Source: an uncultured Acidobacteriota bacterium
GTDB taxonomy: Bacteria; Acidobacteriota; Thermoanaerobaculia; UBA5066; DATFVB01
DNA: 64,000 bases
Reading direction: 5' to 3'
Assembly: GCA_963714035.1 (NCBI GenBank)
Contig: OY970224.1
Location: forward strand, 1,375,688-1,439,687
Part shown: positions 55,644 through 64,000 of the stretch, piece after piece
Layout of the letters: each line of letters begins with the position of its first letter
Numbering within the stretch: position 1 is the stretch's first letter
Made by a program: the position numbers and the translations under genes
Notes under the pieces: model-generated
The model's input: only the letters and a program-made list of their open reading frames with translations
Told to the model about the DNA's origin: nothing
The model's database searches: none

Positions 55644-57553
55644 TTCACCTTCGTTCCTGGCGGAACGTCCGTCTCGGGGATGAGCACGACCGGCTCCCCC
55701 GATTCGGGAAGCGAGGCGGCCAGGACCATGCCGTTGGATTCGAGGCCCATGAGCTTCGCCGGCTGGAGGTTCGCGACGACGACGATCGTCTTCCCGACGA
55801 GGCTCTCCGCCGTGTATCGCGTGGCGATCCCGGCGACGACCTGACGTCGCTCGCTTCCGAGATCGACTTCGAGCCGCATGAGCTTCTTCGATTTCGGAAC
55901 CGGCTCCGCGGCGACGATCTTCGCGGTGCGGAGCTCGATCCGCTGGAATTCCTCGATCGTGATCTTCGGGCCGGCGGGCGCCGGGACGGCGGTTTCGCTC
56001 ACGGGAACCTCGCTCGGAAAGAACGTCTTCGGATCCACGCGCGGAAAGAGGGGCTCGGTCGGGGAGAGCGGGCGGCCGGCCGGCAGCCCTCCCCAGGCGA
56101 GCGAGCCCGGGCCGTCGCCGGGGTCCGCGCCGAGCGCGGCGAGCGCCTTCGGCGCGGACCCGGGCAGGACCGGCGCGAGGGCGGCGGCGGCGATCCGTGT
56201 GCCCTCGGCGGAGGCGTAGAGCATCCGCGACAGGCGCTCGGTCTTCCCCTCTTCCTTCGCGACTTTCCACGGCTGGCGGGCCGCGACGTACCCGTCGACC
56301 TGCTTCAACATCCCGGCGACGGCCTCGAGCCCCCGCGAGAACTCGAAGCGTTCGAACGCATCGGCATAGGCCTCCGCGGCCGGGCCGGCGGCCGTCTTCA
56401 CCTCGTTGTCGTCGCAGGCGACCGGCGGCGTCGCTCCGTAGGAGTTGACGCAGAGACGCACGACGCGGGACACGGCGTTGCCGAGCCCGTTGGCGAGATC
56501 GGCGTTGTAGCGCTCCAGGAACGCCTCGTCGGAGAAGCTCGCGTCCGCGCCGAACACCATCTCCCGCAGCAGGAAGTAGCGTAGGGCGTCGGCCCCGAAC
56601 CGGGCGACGAGCGCATCGGGCCGGACGACGTTCCCCGTCGACTTCGACATCTTCTTCTCGTCGCGAAGCCACCAGCCGTGCGCCGCGACGCGGGTCGGCA
56701 GCGGGAGCCCCGCCGACAGGAGGAACGCCGGCCAGTAGACGGCGTGGAACCGGAGGATGTCCTTTCCGACCAGATGCGTGCGCTCCGCGTCCGGATGGTC
56801 CCAGTACCGGCGGTACAGCGTTTCGTCCTCGCCGCCGAAGCCGAGGGAGGTGATGTAGTTCGCGAGCGCGTCGAGCCAGACGTACACGACGTGTCCGGGC
56901 CGGCCCGGGAACGGAATCCCCCAGGCGAGATTCGTCCTCGAGACGGAGAGGTCCCGGAGTCCGGCCCCCACGAAAGACTCGACTTCCCGGAATCGCGACG
57001 GCGGGACGACGAAGTCGGGGTGATCGCGGTAGAACGCGAGGAGCGGCTCCTGGTACTTCGAGAGCCGGAAGAAGACGTTCTCCTCCGACTGCCAGGAGCA
57101 GGGCGTGCCGTGATCGGGGCAGAGGTTCCCGGGGAGCAGCTCCTTCTCGGTGTAGTAGGTCTCGCAGGCCGTGCAGTACCACCCCTCGTGGCGGGCCGTG
57201 TAGAGATCTCCCGCCGCTTCGATCCGACGGATGAGCGCGACGACGCCTCGCGCATGGCGGTCCTCCGTCGTCCGGATGAAGTCGTCGTGCGTGATCGCCA
57301 GCGTCTTCCACCAATCGTGGTAGCGGGCGACGACGCGGTCGGCGAGCGCCTTCGGCGCGATCCCCTGGGCGGCGGCGGCGCGCTCGATCTTCTGGCCGTG
57401 CTCGTCGGTTCCGGTGTGGAACCGCACGTCCTCCCCTCGGGCGCGCCGGAAGCGCGCGATCGTGTCGGCGACGATCGTCGAATAGAGGTGCCCGATGTGC
57501 GGGAGGTCGTTGACGTAGTAGATCGGGGTCGTGATGTAGAACGTCTTCGCCAT
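55640..57553 (-). CDS. metG: Methionine--tRNA ligase with C-terminal tRNA-binding (Trbp111/EMAP-like) domain
   Basis: HIGH motif (PIYYVNDLPHIGHLYS), KMSKS, zinc knuckle CTACETYYT...CPDHG; C-terminal ...LRTAKIVAAEPVPKSKKLMRLEVDLG.... ATGA overlap with radC. Confidence 0.9.
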   Translation of the reverse strand: MAKTFYITTPIYYVNDLPHIGHLYSTIVADTIARFRRARGEDVRFHTGTDEHGQKIERAAAAQGIAPKALADRVVARYHDWWKTLAITHDDFIRTTEDRHARGVVALIRRIEAAGDLYTARHEGWYCTACETYYTEKELLPGNLCPDHGTPCSWQSEENVFFRLSKYQEPLLAFYRDHPDFVVPPSRFREVESFVGAGLRDLSVSRTNLAWGIPFPGRPGHVVYVWLDALANYITSLGFGGEDETLYRRYWDHPDAERTHLVGKDILRFHAVYWPAFLLSAGLPLPTRVAAHGWWLRDEKKMSKSTGNVVRPDALVARFGADALRYFLLREMVFGADASFSDEAFLERYNADLANGLGNAVSRVVRLCVNSYGATPPVACDDNEVKTAAGPAAEAYADAFERFEFSRGLEAVAGMLKQVDGYVAARQPWKVAKEEGKTERLSRMLYASAEGTRIAAAALAPVLPGSAPKALAALGADPGDGPGSLAWGGLPAGRPLSPTEPLFPRVDPKTFFPSEVPVSETAVPAPAGPKITIEEFQRIELRTAKIVAAEPVPKSKKLMRLEVDLGSERRQVVAGIATRYTAESLVGKTIVVVANLQPAKLMGLESNGMVLAASLPESGEPVVLIPETDVPPGTKVK

Positions 57554-58230
57554 CAGAGAAGCCCCCGCTCCCGCAGGGAAGCGCAGCCCTCCCGCCCGAC
57601 GACGACGTGGTCGAGAAGACGGACGCCGACGAGGTCGGCGGAATGCTTCAGACGGCGCGTGAACTCGACGTCCTCCGCCGACGGCGCCGGGTCTCCCGAG
57701 GGATGGTTGTGGTACAGGATCATCGCGGCGGCGTCTTCGAGGAGCGCCTGCTTCAGGATCTCGCGCGGCTCGACGAGCGCGCGGTCGACCGTCCCGAGGT
57801 AGCATTCGCGGTCGCGCAGGAGCCGGTGCCGCGCGTCGAGGAGCAGCACTCCCGTCGATTCCTGCGTCCGCCGGCCGTAGAGCCGCTTGAGATACGCCTC
57901 GACGCGCGCGGGATCGGAGAATTTTTCCCGGACGAGCGTCTCGTTCCCCATGCGCGCGGCGAGCTCGATCGCCGCCGCGAGCGTCACCGCCTGGACCTTT
58001 CCGAGGCGGAGCTTCACGAGCTGTCCGGGAGAGAACGTCGAAAGCCGCTCGAGGCCGCCCGCTTCCTTCAGCACTGCCTGCGCGAGCGAGACGGCGCTTT
58101 CGCCGCGCCGTCCGCTCCGGATCAGGATCGCGAGCAGCTCGGCATGCGTCAACGCTTTCGGACCGAGCCGGTCGAGACGCTCGCGCGGACGCTCCTCTTC
58201 CGGAAGGTCCCTCAGCAGCGACGGGCTCAT
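57553..58230 (-). CDS. radC: RadC-like JAB domain protein (UPF0758)
   Basis: N-terminal HhH-like ELLAILIRSG, JAMM-like HNHPSGDPAPSAED. ATG 58228-58230. Confidence 0.8.
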   Translation of the reverse strand: MSPSLLRDLPEEERPRERLDRLGPKALTHAELLAILIRSGRRGESAVSLAQAVLKEAGGLERLSTFSPGQLVKLRLGKVQAVTLAAAIELAARMGNETLVREKFSDPARVEAYLKRLYGRRTQESTGVLLLDARHRLLRDRECYLGTVDRALVEPREILKQALLEDAAAMILYHNHPSGDPAPSAEDVEFTRRLKHSADLVGVRLLDHVVVGREGCASLRERGLL

Positions 58231-59356
58231 GCCGCCGCCTCTCCGGCGCCCCGGACGAGCTCCCGATAGAGGGCTTCGATCCGGTCGAGACGAACCGCCG
58301 AGGAAAATCCCGCCTCGACGCGGGCGCGCCCGCCGCGGGCGAGTCTCGCGGCCTCGGCGGAATCGGTCGCGACCCGGACGATGGCTTCGGCGGCCGCCGC
58401 GGGGTCCTTCACCGGCACGAGGATTCCCGACTCCCCGTCCACGACGAGCTCGGGGTTGCCTCCCGCCGCCGTCGCGATCACGGGCTTCCCGAGCGCCATC
58501 GCCTCGCGGATCGTGCCCGTGACGCCGAGGCCTTCGTAGGAGAGGTCGATCGCGAGATCGGCGGCCATCAGCACCTTCGGCATGTCGTAGCGGAACCCGA
58601 TCGGGAGCACGGCGTCGCCGACGCCGCGGGCGGCCGCATGACTCGCGACCTCGGCCTTCTGCTCCTCGTTCTTGCACGCGACGATCGCGGTGCGGAGGTT
58701 CGGGACCCGGGCGCGTGCGAGCGCGGTCGCCTCGACGAGATGCTTCCAGCCTTTCCACTCGCGCGCCCCGACCTGGACCACCAGGAATTCGTCCGGGCGC
58801 ACCCCCCATTCCTTCCGCACCTCGTTCCGGTCGAGCTTCCCGGGATCGAACACGTCGAGATCGACGCCCGCGTAGATCACCCGGACCTGATCGGGACGGA
58901 GCTTCCCCGACGCGACGATCACCTTCTTGATGTCCTCGCAGACGGTGACGACGGCGCCGAGGCGCACGTGGAACTTCGTCCGGTTGAAAACGTCGAGCGG
59001 AAACGAAACGCCCCGGTTGACGACGATCGCCGGGCGCCGCCCTCCGAGGAACGTCGCCTCGAGCGCGATCGAGTGGGCGATCCCCTTGTGCACGTGGACG
59101 ACGTCGACGGCGCGCTCCCGATACACCCGCGCGAGCCTCGCGGCGGACGCGAGGTCGAATTCGTTCCGCATCGGAAGCGCGACGAAATCGACTCCCGCCG
59201 CCGCGCAGCGCTCGCGGATCTGGCCGTCGCCGCGGGAGACGACCGCCACGCGGTGGCCGCGCCGATGCAGGTTCTCGGCGAGCTGGAACATCTGGACGAC
59301 CGAGCCCGTGTTGAAGTGGCCCTTCTCCAGGACCTGCAGGATCGAAAGCTTCGTCA
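58227..59356 (-). CDS. Glycosyltransferase family 1 (GT4-like)
   Basis: GTG start 59356 (VTKLSILQVLEKGHFNTGS...), C-terminal LSYEGLGVTGTIREAMALGKPVIATAAGGNPELV. Confidence 0.75.
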
Positions 59357-60445
59357 CGCGCGCCTTCCGAAGAACTCGCGCACCGACGCCGCGACGAAAT
59401 CGCGGTCGCCGTCGGTCAGCTCGTAGAAGATCGGCAGCGACAGGATCCGGCCGACGATCCGCTCCGTCTCCGGGAGCGGCGGCGGAGGAGGCTTCAGGCG
59501 CGCGAGCGTGGCCGGCTGGCGGTGGTTCGGCAGGGGGTAGTGAACGCCCGTCTCGATCCCGCGGTCCTTCAGGAACGCGGCGAGCGCGTCCCGCGCGTCG
59601 GTCTGGATCACGTAGAGATGGTAGACGGCCTCGCCCCCGGCGGGCTCCGGCGGCGTCTCGACGACGCCGGCGAGCGCTTCCGAATAGCCTCGCGCGAGCG
59701 CGCGGCGGCGGGCGGAGTACGCGGCGAGGCTCCGCAGCTGGATCCGGCCGACCGCCGCCTGGATCTCGTTGAAGCGCATGTTGTAGCCGACGATCTCGTG
59801 CGTGTACTTGTCGCTCCGGCCATGGTCGCGCAACCGACGCAGCGCCGCCGCGAGATCGTCGCGATCGGTCGTCACCATCCCTCCGTCGCCGAAGACGGTG
59901 AGGTTTTTCGAGGGGTAGAACGAGAACGCGCCGGCGTCGCCGAAGGAGCCGATCGTCTTCCCCCCCGACGTCGCGCCGTGCGACTGGCACGTGTCCTCGA
60001 TCCAGAAGAGGCCGTGCCGGTCCGCGATCCGGCGCATGGCGGCGACGTCCACGGGATGACCGTAGAGGTTGACCGGGATCATGCCGACGGTCCGGGACGT
60101 GATCTTCGACTCGAGGTCGGCCGGATCGACCGTGTAGGTCCGGTCGACGTCGACGAAGACGGGTGTGGCGCCCGCGTCGAAGACGGCTTCGACGGTCGGA
60201 AAGGCCGTGTGGGCCGGCACCAGGACCTCGTCGCCGGGGGCGACCCCGAGCGCCTGGAGGACGAGCTGGATCGCGGACGTCCCGTTGGCGACCGCGATCG
60301 CATGTCGCGTTCCGATCGAGGAGGCGAATTCCTCCTCGAAAGCCCGCGTCTCCGGTCCGAGGATGAAACGTCCGGAGTCGATCACGGCGAGGACCGCCTG
60401 CTTCATCTCCTCCGTGACGTGGGCTCGGGAGAGCGGAATTTTCAC
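59354..60445 (-). CDS. DegT/DnrJ/EryC1/StrS family PLP-dependent sugar aminotransferase
   Basis: N-terminus aligns with ArnB-type enzymes (IPLSRAHVTEEMKQAVLAVIDSGRFILGPE); PLP-Lys region FSFYPSKNLT. GTG start 60445 with GGGGGAA RBS. Confidence 0.8.
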   Translation of the reverse strand: MKIPLSRAHVTEEMKQAVLAVIDSGRFILGPETRAFEEEFASSIGTRHAIAVANGTSAIQLVLQALGVAPGDEVLVPAHTAFPTVEAVFDAGATPVFVDVDRTYTVDPADLESKITSRTVGMIPVNLYGHPVDVAAMRRIADRHGLFWIEDTCQSHGATSGGKTIGSFGDAGAFSFYPSKNLTVFGDGGMVTTDRDDLAAALRRLRDHGRSDKYTHEIVGYNMRFNEIQAAVGRIQLRSLAAYSARRRALARGYSEALAGVVETPPEPAGGEAVYHLYVIQTDARDALAAFLKDRGIETGVHYPLPNHRQPATLARLKPPPPPLPETERIVGRILSLPIFYELTDGDRDFVAASVREFFGRRA

Positions 60446-61479
60446 GCGTTCCCCCGGGGGACGAGGACGATCTTCCCGAACTGCCGGCCGGACTCCAATT
60501 TCGCGTACGCGTCCGCCGCGTTCTCGAGGTCGTGAACGGAGTCGATCCGGACCTTCAGGCGCCCCGAAAAAACGGCGGCCGCGACCGCGCGGAATTCGCG
60601 GTCGTTCGCCATCGTCGAGCCGAGGATCGAGAGCTGTTTCCAGAAGATCAAGCGCAATTCTTCCCTGGGATTGGGGCCGGAAGTGGCGCCGCAGGTCACG
60701 ATCCGCCCCCCCCTGGCCGCCGATCGCAACGATATCATCCAGGTCGCGTCTCCGACGCAGTCGATCACCACGTCGCATCCTCGACGCCCCGTCGCCTCCG
60801 AAACCCGGCGCGCCACGTCGTCCCGCGAGCTCCACCCCTCCGACGCGCCGGCCTCGCGCGCGGCCGCGAGCTTCGCCTCTTCGGACGAGGTCACGAAGAC
60901 CTCGGCTCCGGACAGGCGGGCGATCTCGAGGGCCGCCCAGGCGACGGCGCCGCCGATCCCGTGGATCAGGACGGTCTCCCCCGGGCCCACCGCGGCCCGG
61001 CCGACGACCATCCGCCACGCCGTCTGGTGGACGAGGGGAAACGCGGCCGCCTCCTCGAACGACAGGCCTTCCGGGAAGGGGAAGACGTTGCGCGCGGGAA
61101 CCACGGCGAGCTCCGCGAAGGTCCCGGGCACGTGCTCGCCGAGGATCTTGTACTTCACGCAGAGGCTCTGCTCGCCTCCCCGGCAGTATTCGCAGACGCC
61201 GCAGAAGAGCCCCGGCTGGATGAGCACCCGGTCGCCCGCGGCGTACCCTTCGACCGCCGGGCCGACCCGGTCGATCACCCCCGCGCCGTCGGCGCCCGGG
61301 ATCTGCGGCAGCGGAACGCGGACGTTCTCGAGCCCGTTGCGCACGAAGAGATCGAGGTGGTTGAGGGCCGCGGCGCGGATCCGGATGCGGACGTCCCCCG
61401 GACCGGGCTCCGGGTCCGGCCGGTCGCCGTATCGGAGCACTTCCGGACCGCCGTGGCTCTCGAAATAGATCGCCTTCAT
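60442..61479 (-). CDS. Zinc-binding alcohol dehydrogenase family (MDR) NAD(P)H-dependent oxidoreductase
   Basis: MKAIYFESHGGPEVL..., GroES-like N-domain, Rossmann LIHGIGGAVAWAALEIARLSGAEV. Confidence 0.8.
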   Translation of the reverse strand: MKAIYFESHGGPEVLRYGDRPDPEPGPGDVRIRIRAAALNHLDLFVRNGLENVRVPLPQIPGADGAGVIDRVGPAVEGYAAGDRVLIQPGLFCGVCEYCRGGEQSLCVKYKILGEHVPGTFAELAVVPARNVFPFPEGLSFEEAAAFPLVHQTAWRMVVGRAAVGPGETVLIHGIGGAVAWAALEIARLSGAEVFVTSSEEAKLAAAREAGASEGWSSRDDVARRVSEATGRRGCDVVIDCVGDATWMISLRSAARGGRIVTCGATSGPNPREELRLIFWKQLSILGSTMANDREFRAVAAAVFSGRLKVRIDSVHDLENAADAYAKLESGRQFGKIVLVPRGNA

Positions 61480-61515
61480 CGTTCCTTCCTCATCGACGCC
61501 GCGCGGGGCGGCCGT

Positions 61516-63069
61516 TCACTGGAGATAGCCGAGAGACCTGAGCTTTTCGAGATACTCCTTCCCGGTTTCGGTCGGCCGCTCGGCGGCGGCGGCGCGCCGT
61601 TCGCCGTAGGACCCGACGGATCCCGCCTCGAGAGCTCCGGGCCGGAAGATCCCGGAGCGCGGCGAGCCGGCGAGGTCCCTCGCCGCGGGAATTCCGAGCC
61701 GCGCAAGAGCGGTCGCGGCGATGTCTTCGGGACGGACCGCCGATTCGGCCCGTTCGGCCGCGTGGTCGACGAGCGCCCAGCCGCCGGCGGAACCCGAACG
61801 GCCCGCGTCCGCGACGAGCCAGAGGGCCTCGCCGCCCGCCCGGGCGCGGGCGATCCGCTCGGCGACGAACTCGCGGGCCGCTCGCGAGAGCGGGCCGCCG
61901 TCGATGTCCGCGCCGGGGAGGTAGACGGTCGCGAGCCGCGGACGGACGAGGTCATCGGCCCGCCGGAATGCGGCGATCGCCGCCGCGTCGTCTCCCGCGC
62001 CGTCGCGGGCCCGGAGAGCGATCTCCCGATTTTCGACGATCGTCGCTCCGGGCATCGGCTCCGACGCCCACCAGTTGACCGCGACCGTGGGAATTCCGGC
62101 TCGCGCCGCCACCTCCCAGAACGTCCACGAGCGCCGCTCCGCGGCGGACACCGGGACGCGGGCGGCCGCGCCGGCCCACCGAACGGGCCCTCGAAAGATC
62201 CACCCCGTTCCCGCCGGCGGCGTGAGGGCTGCTCGGCCGAACAGCGAAATCCGCTCGAACGCCGCCACACCGTGGCGCGAGGGGGGAACGCCGGTCGCGA
62301 TCGTCGTCCAGATCTCGGGAGGGGGAGCGGCCGGGCGCCGCCACCGCACGAGCGGCGCGTCCGGGGCGAGCAGCGCGAGCGTTTCGGGAGGAACGCCGTC
62401 GAGCCCCACGACGACGAGAGCGCCGGGTCGCGGCGAGATCGTGAGGGCGGGGAACGCCGCCGAAGGCTCCCGGCGGGATGCCCAGAGAGAGGCGGCGGCG
62501 AGTGTGGCCGCCAGCGCCGCCGCCGCGCCGCGGCGCCACGAGAGCTTCTCCGGAAGCGGCACGTGGCGGCGGAGCGCGAGAGAGAGCGAGGTGGCGCGCG
62601 CGGCCCTCGCGAAGTAGAACGCCGCGACCGCCACGGCCACGAGGGCGATCGCGGGATGCGCCCCGGGAGAGGCCGGAAGGGATCGCACGCCGGCGGTGAA
62701 GAGTCCGAACACGAGCAGGGCGGCGCCGGCCGCCGCGACCAGGGCGGAACGCGCGGGACGGGCGGGCGCCCGCCGGAAGCGGCTCGCGACGAGCGCCGCC
62801 GCGCCGGCCGCGAGGGCGAGCGGCGCCTCGACGGCGAGGAGGACGGCGGCGGCGAGGAATGCGCCTCCCGCCGGCGCCACCGCGCCTCGGGCGGCGAGCG
62901 CGGCCGCCGACGCGACGGCGCAGCCGACCGCCCCGGCCGCCGCCGACGGAAGGATCGCGCCCGACGCCCTTGGAGCGTTGAAGATCGTCCTCTCGATCCC
63001 GGCGTCCAGATACCCCTGCGCGCGCAGGCGCGCGCGGACTTCGTCGAGCGGGGGCGGCGGGTCGCTCAC
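61516..63069 (-). CDS. Polytopic membrane protein with alkaline-phosphatase-superfamily (type I phosphodiesterase-like) domain
   Basis: GTG start 63069 (GTGA overlap with ispA stop). ~7 hydrophobic helices, then LVVVGLDGVPPETL...TIATGVPPSRHG resembling the 34969..37086 protein. Confidence 0.6.
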   Translation of the reverse strand: MSDPPPPLDEVRARLRAQGYLDAGIERTIFNAPRASGAILPSAAAGAVGCAVASAAALAARGAVAPAGGAFLAAAVLLAVEAPLALAAGAAALVASRFRRAPARPARSALVAAAGAALLVFGLFTAGVRSLPASPGAHPAIALVAVAVAAFYFARAARATSLSLALRRHVPLPEKLSWRRGAAAALAATLAAASLWASRREPSAAFPALTISPRPGALVVVGLDGVPPETLALLAPDAPLVRWRRPAAPPPEIWTTIATGVPPSRHGVAAFERISLFGRAALTPPAGTGWIFRGPVRWAGAAARVPVSAAERRSWTFWEVAARAGIPTVAVNWWASEPMPGATIVENREIALRARDGAGDDAAAIAAFRRADDLVRPRLATVYLPGADIDGGPLSRAAREFVAERIARARAGGEALWLVADAGRSGSAGGWALVDHAAERAESAVRPEDIAATALARLGIPAARDLAGSPRSGIFRPGALEAGSVGSYGERRAAAAERPTETGKEYLEKLRSLGYLQ

Positions 63070-63956
63070 GCCCGGCGGTCCCGAAGGAGATAGGCGAGAT
63101 CCGCCAGCGGACGCGCGCGGACGCCGAGGGGCTCGACCGCGCGCGCCGCCGCGTCGGTCAGCTCTCCGGCGATCGTCACGGCCGTGTCCCGCCCGAGAAT
63201 CTTCGCGAAGTTCGCGCGATGGCCCTCCCCGTGGGCCTTCTTTCCCGTCCGCGCCGCCGCGTCCGGCGTCTCGAGGAGATCGTCCACGATCTGGAAGGCG
63301 AGGCCGAGGTTCTTCGCATACCGCGTGAGCGCGGCGATTCCCTCTTCGGGCGCGCGCGAGGCGATCGCCCCGCCGCGGGCGGCGGCGACGAAGAGCTCGC
63401 CGGTCTTCAGAGCGTGGATCCGCTCGAGCTCCTCGAGCGTCGCCCGCGCGGGATCGGCGGCCAGGTCGGCGAATTGGCCGCGGCAGCATCCCGGCTCCCC
63501 CGCCGCTCTCGCCAGCTCGGCGACGAGCGTGGCGCGGATCGCGGGAGACAGGCCCTCGCTCCGCCCGAGGAGCTCGAACGCCCGATTGATCAGCGCGACG
63601 GCCGCGAGGACCGCGGTCGATTCGCCGAACTCGAGGTGGAGCGCGGGGCGGCCCCGGCGGAGTGTCGCGTCGTCCATCGAGGGAAGATCGTCGAACACGA
63701 GCGACGCGGCATGCACCGCCTCGAGGGCCGCGGCAAAATCGAGGAGCACGGCGGGGTCGCCCCGGAACAGAACCCCGGCCGCGAGACCGACGAGCGCGCG
63801 GATCCGCTTGCCCGGGGAAAGGAGGGCGGCGCGCATCGCGGCGGAGAGACGGGAATCGTCCGCCGGAACGACGGCGGCGAGCCGCTCCTCCAGACGCCGG
63901 ACGTGGAGCTCGGAAAAAGTCGCGAAGGAGCCGTCAGGTCCGGGGCGCGGCGTCAA
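63066..63956 (-). CDS. ispA: Polyprenyl diphosphate synthase (farnesyl/geranylgeranyl diphosphate synthase)
   Basis: First and second Asp-rich motifs (LVFDDLPSMDD, FQIVDDLLE). Start codon uncertain: TTG at 63954-63956 in the ORF track. Confidence 0.8.
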   Translation of the reverse strand: MTPRPGPDGSFATFSELHVRRLEERLAAVVPADDSRLSAAMRAALLSPGKRIRALVGLAAGVLFRGDPAVLLDFAAALEAVHAASLVFDDLPSMDDATLRRGRPALHLEFGESTAVLAAVALINRAFELLGRSEGLSPAIRATLVAELARAAGEPGCCRGQFADLAADPARATLEELERIHALKTGELFVAAARGGAIASRAPEEGIAALTRYAKNLGLAFQIVDDLLETPDAAARTGKKAHGEGHRANFAKILGRDTAVTIAGELTDAAARAVEPLGVRARPLADLAYLLRDRRA

Positions 63957-64000
63957 CTTCCAAAGCTGGCGACGGCTTCCGGTTCGTTCTCGTAGACGTC
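63953..64000 (-). CDS. Possible partial CDS (C-terminal 15 codons), perhaps xseB by synteny with ispA
   Basis: rc translates ...DVYENEPEAVASFGS* ending at 63953-63955. Too short to confirm. Confidence 0.2.
   Translation of the reverse strand, partial: DVYENEPEAVASFGS

Overview
High-GC (~70%) bacterial chromosomal segment. No rRNA, tRNA, CRISPR array or transposase/integrase genes were found; about 60 protein genes are supported. The gene content (Ser/Thr kinase-TolB fusions, many secreted peptidases, DUF1579/DUF885 proteins) suggests an Acidobacteriota-like organism, but that is inference only.

Part 1 - layout of the window:
- AraC regulator, two tandem secreted paralogs and panE at the left end.
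- A peptidase-rich block (Ser/Thr kinase-TolB, M49 DPP3, S9 peptidase).
- etfBA.
- A fragmented fatty-acid/ribosomal cluster: yceD-rpmF-plsX-fabH-fabD ... fabG-DUF885-acpP-fabF.
- An EPS-type glycosyltransferase cluster.
- A thioredoxin-fold redox trio that includes a candidate selenoprotein.
- Split LigD (NHEJ) genes.
- A MacAB-like exporter with two FtsX permeases.
- A long overlapped minus-strand operon: ispA ... metG-tatD.

Part 2 - main observations:
(1) A complete trans-4-hydroxy-L-proline to 2-oxoglutarate catabolic cluster (epimerase, three-subunit D-Hyp dehydrogenase, DHDPS-like deaminase, ALDH) plus a secreted Xaa-Pro aminopeptidase sits inside the conserved fab operon between fabD and fabG.
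(2) A ~140-nt structured REP-like repeat occurs four times (two tandem copies between plsX and fabH, one 3' of rnc, one fused to a gene 3' end) and shows compensatory base changes in two nested helices.
(3) A deiodinase-like thioredoxin-fold gene has an in-frame TGA exactly at the FGSxT-U-PPF active-site position, so it is a putative selenoprotein.
(4) Two further intergenic repeat families and an unusual low-GC palindromic region lie upstream of the hydroxyproline genes.
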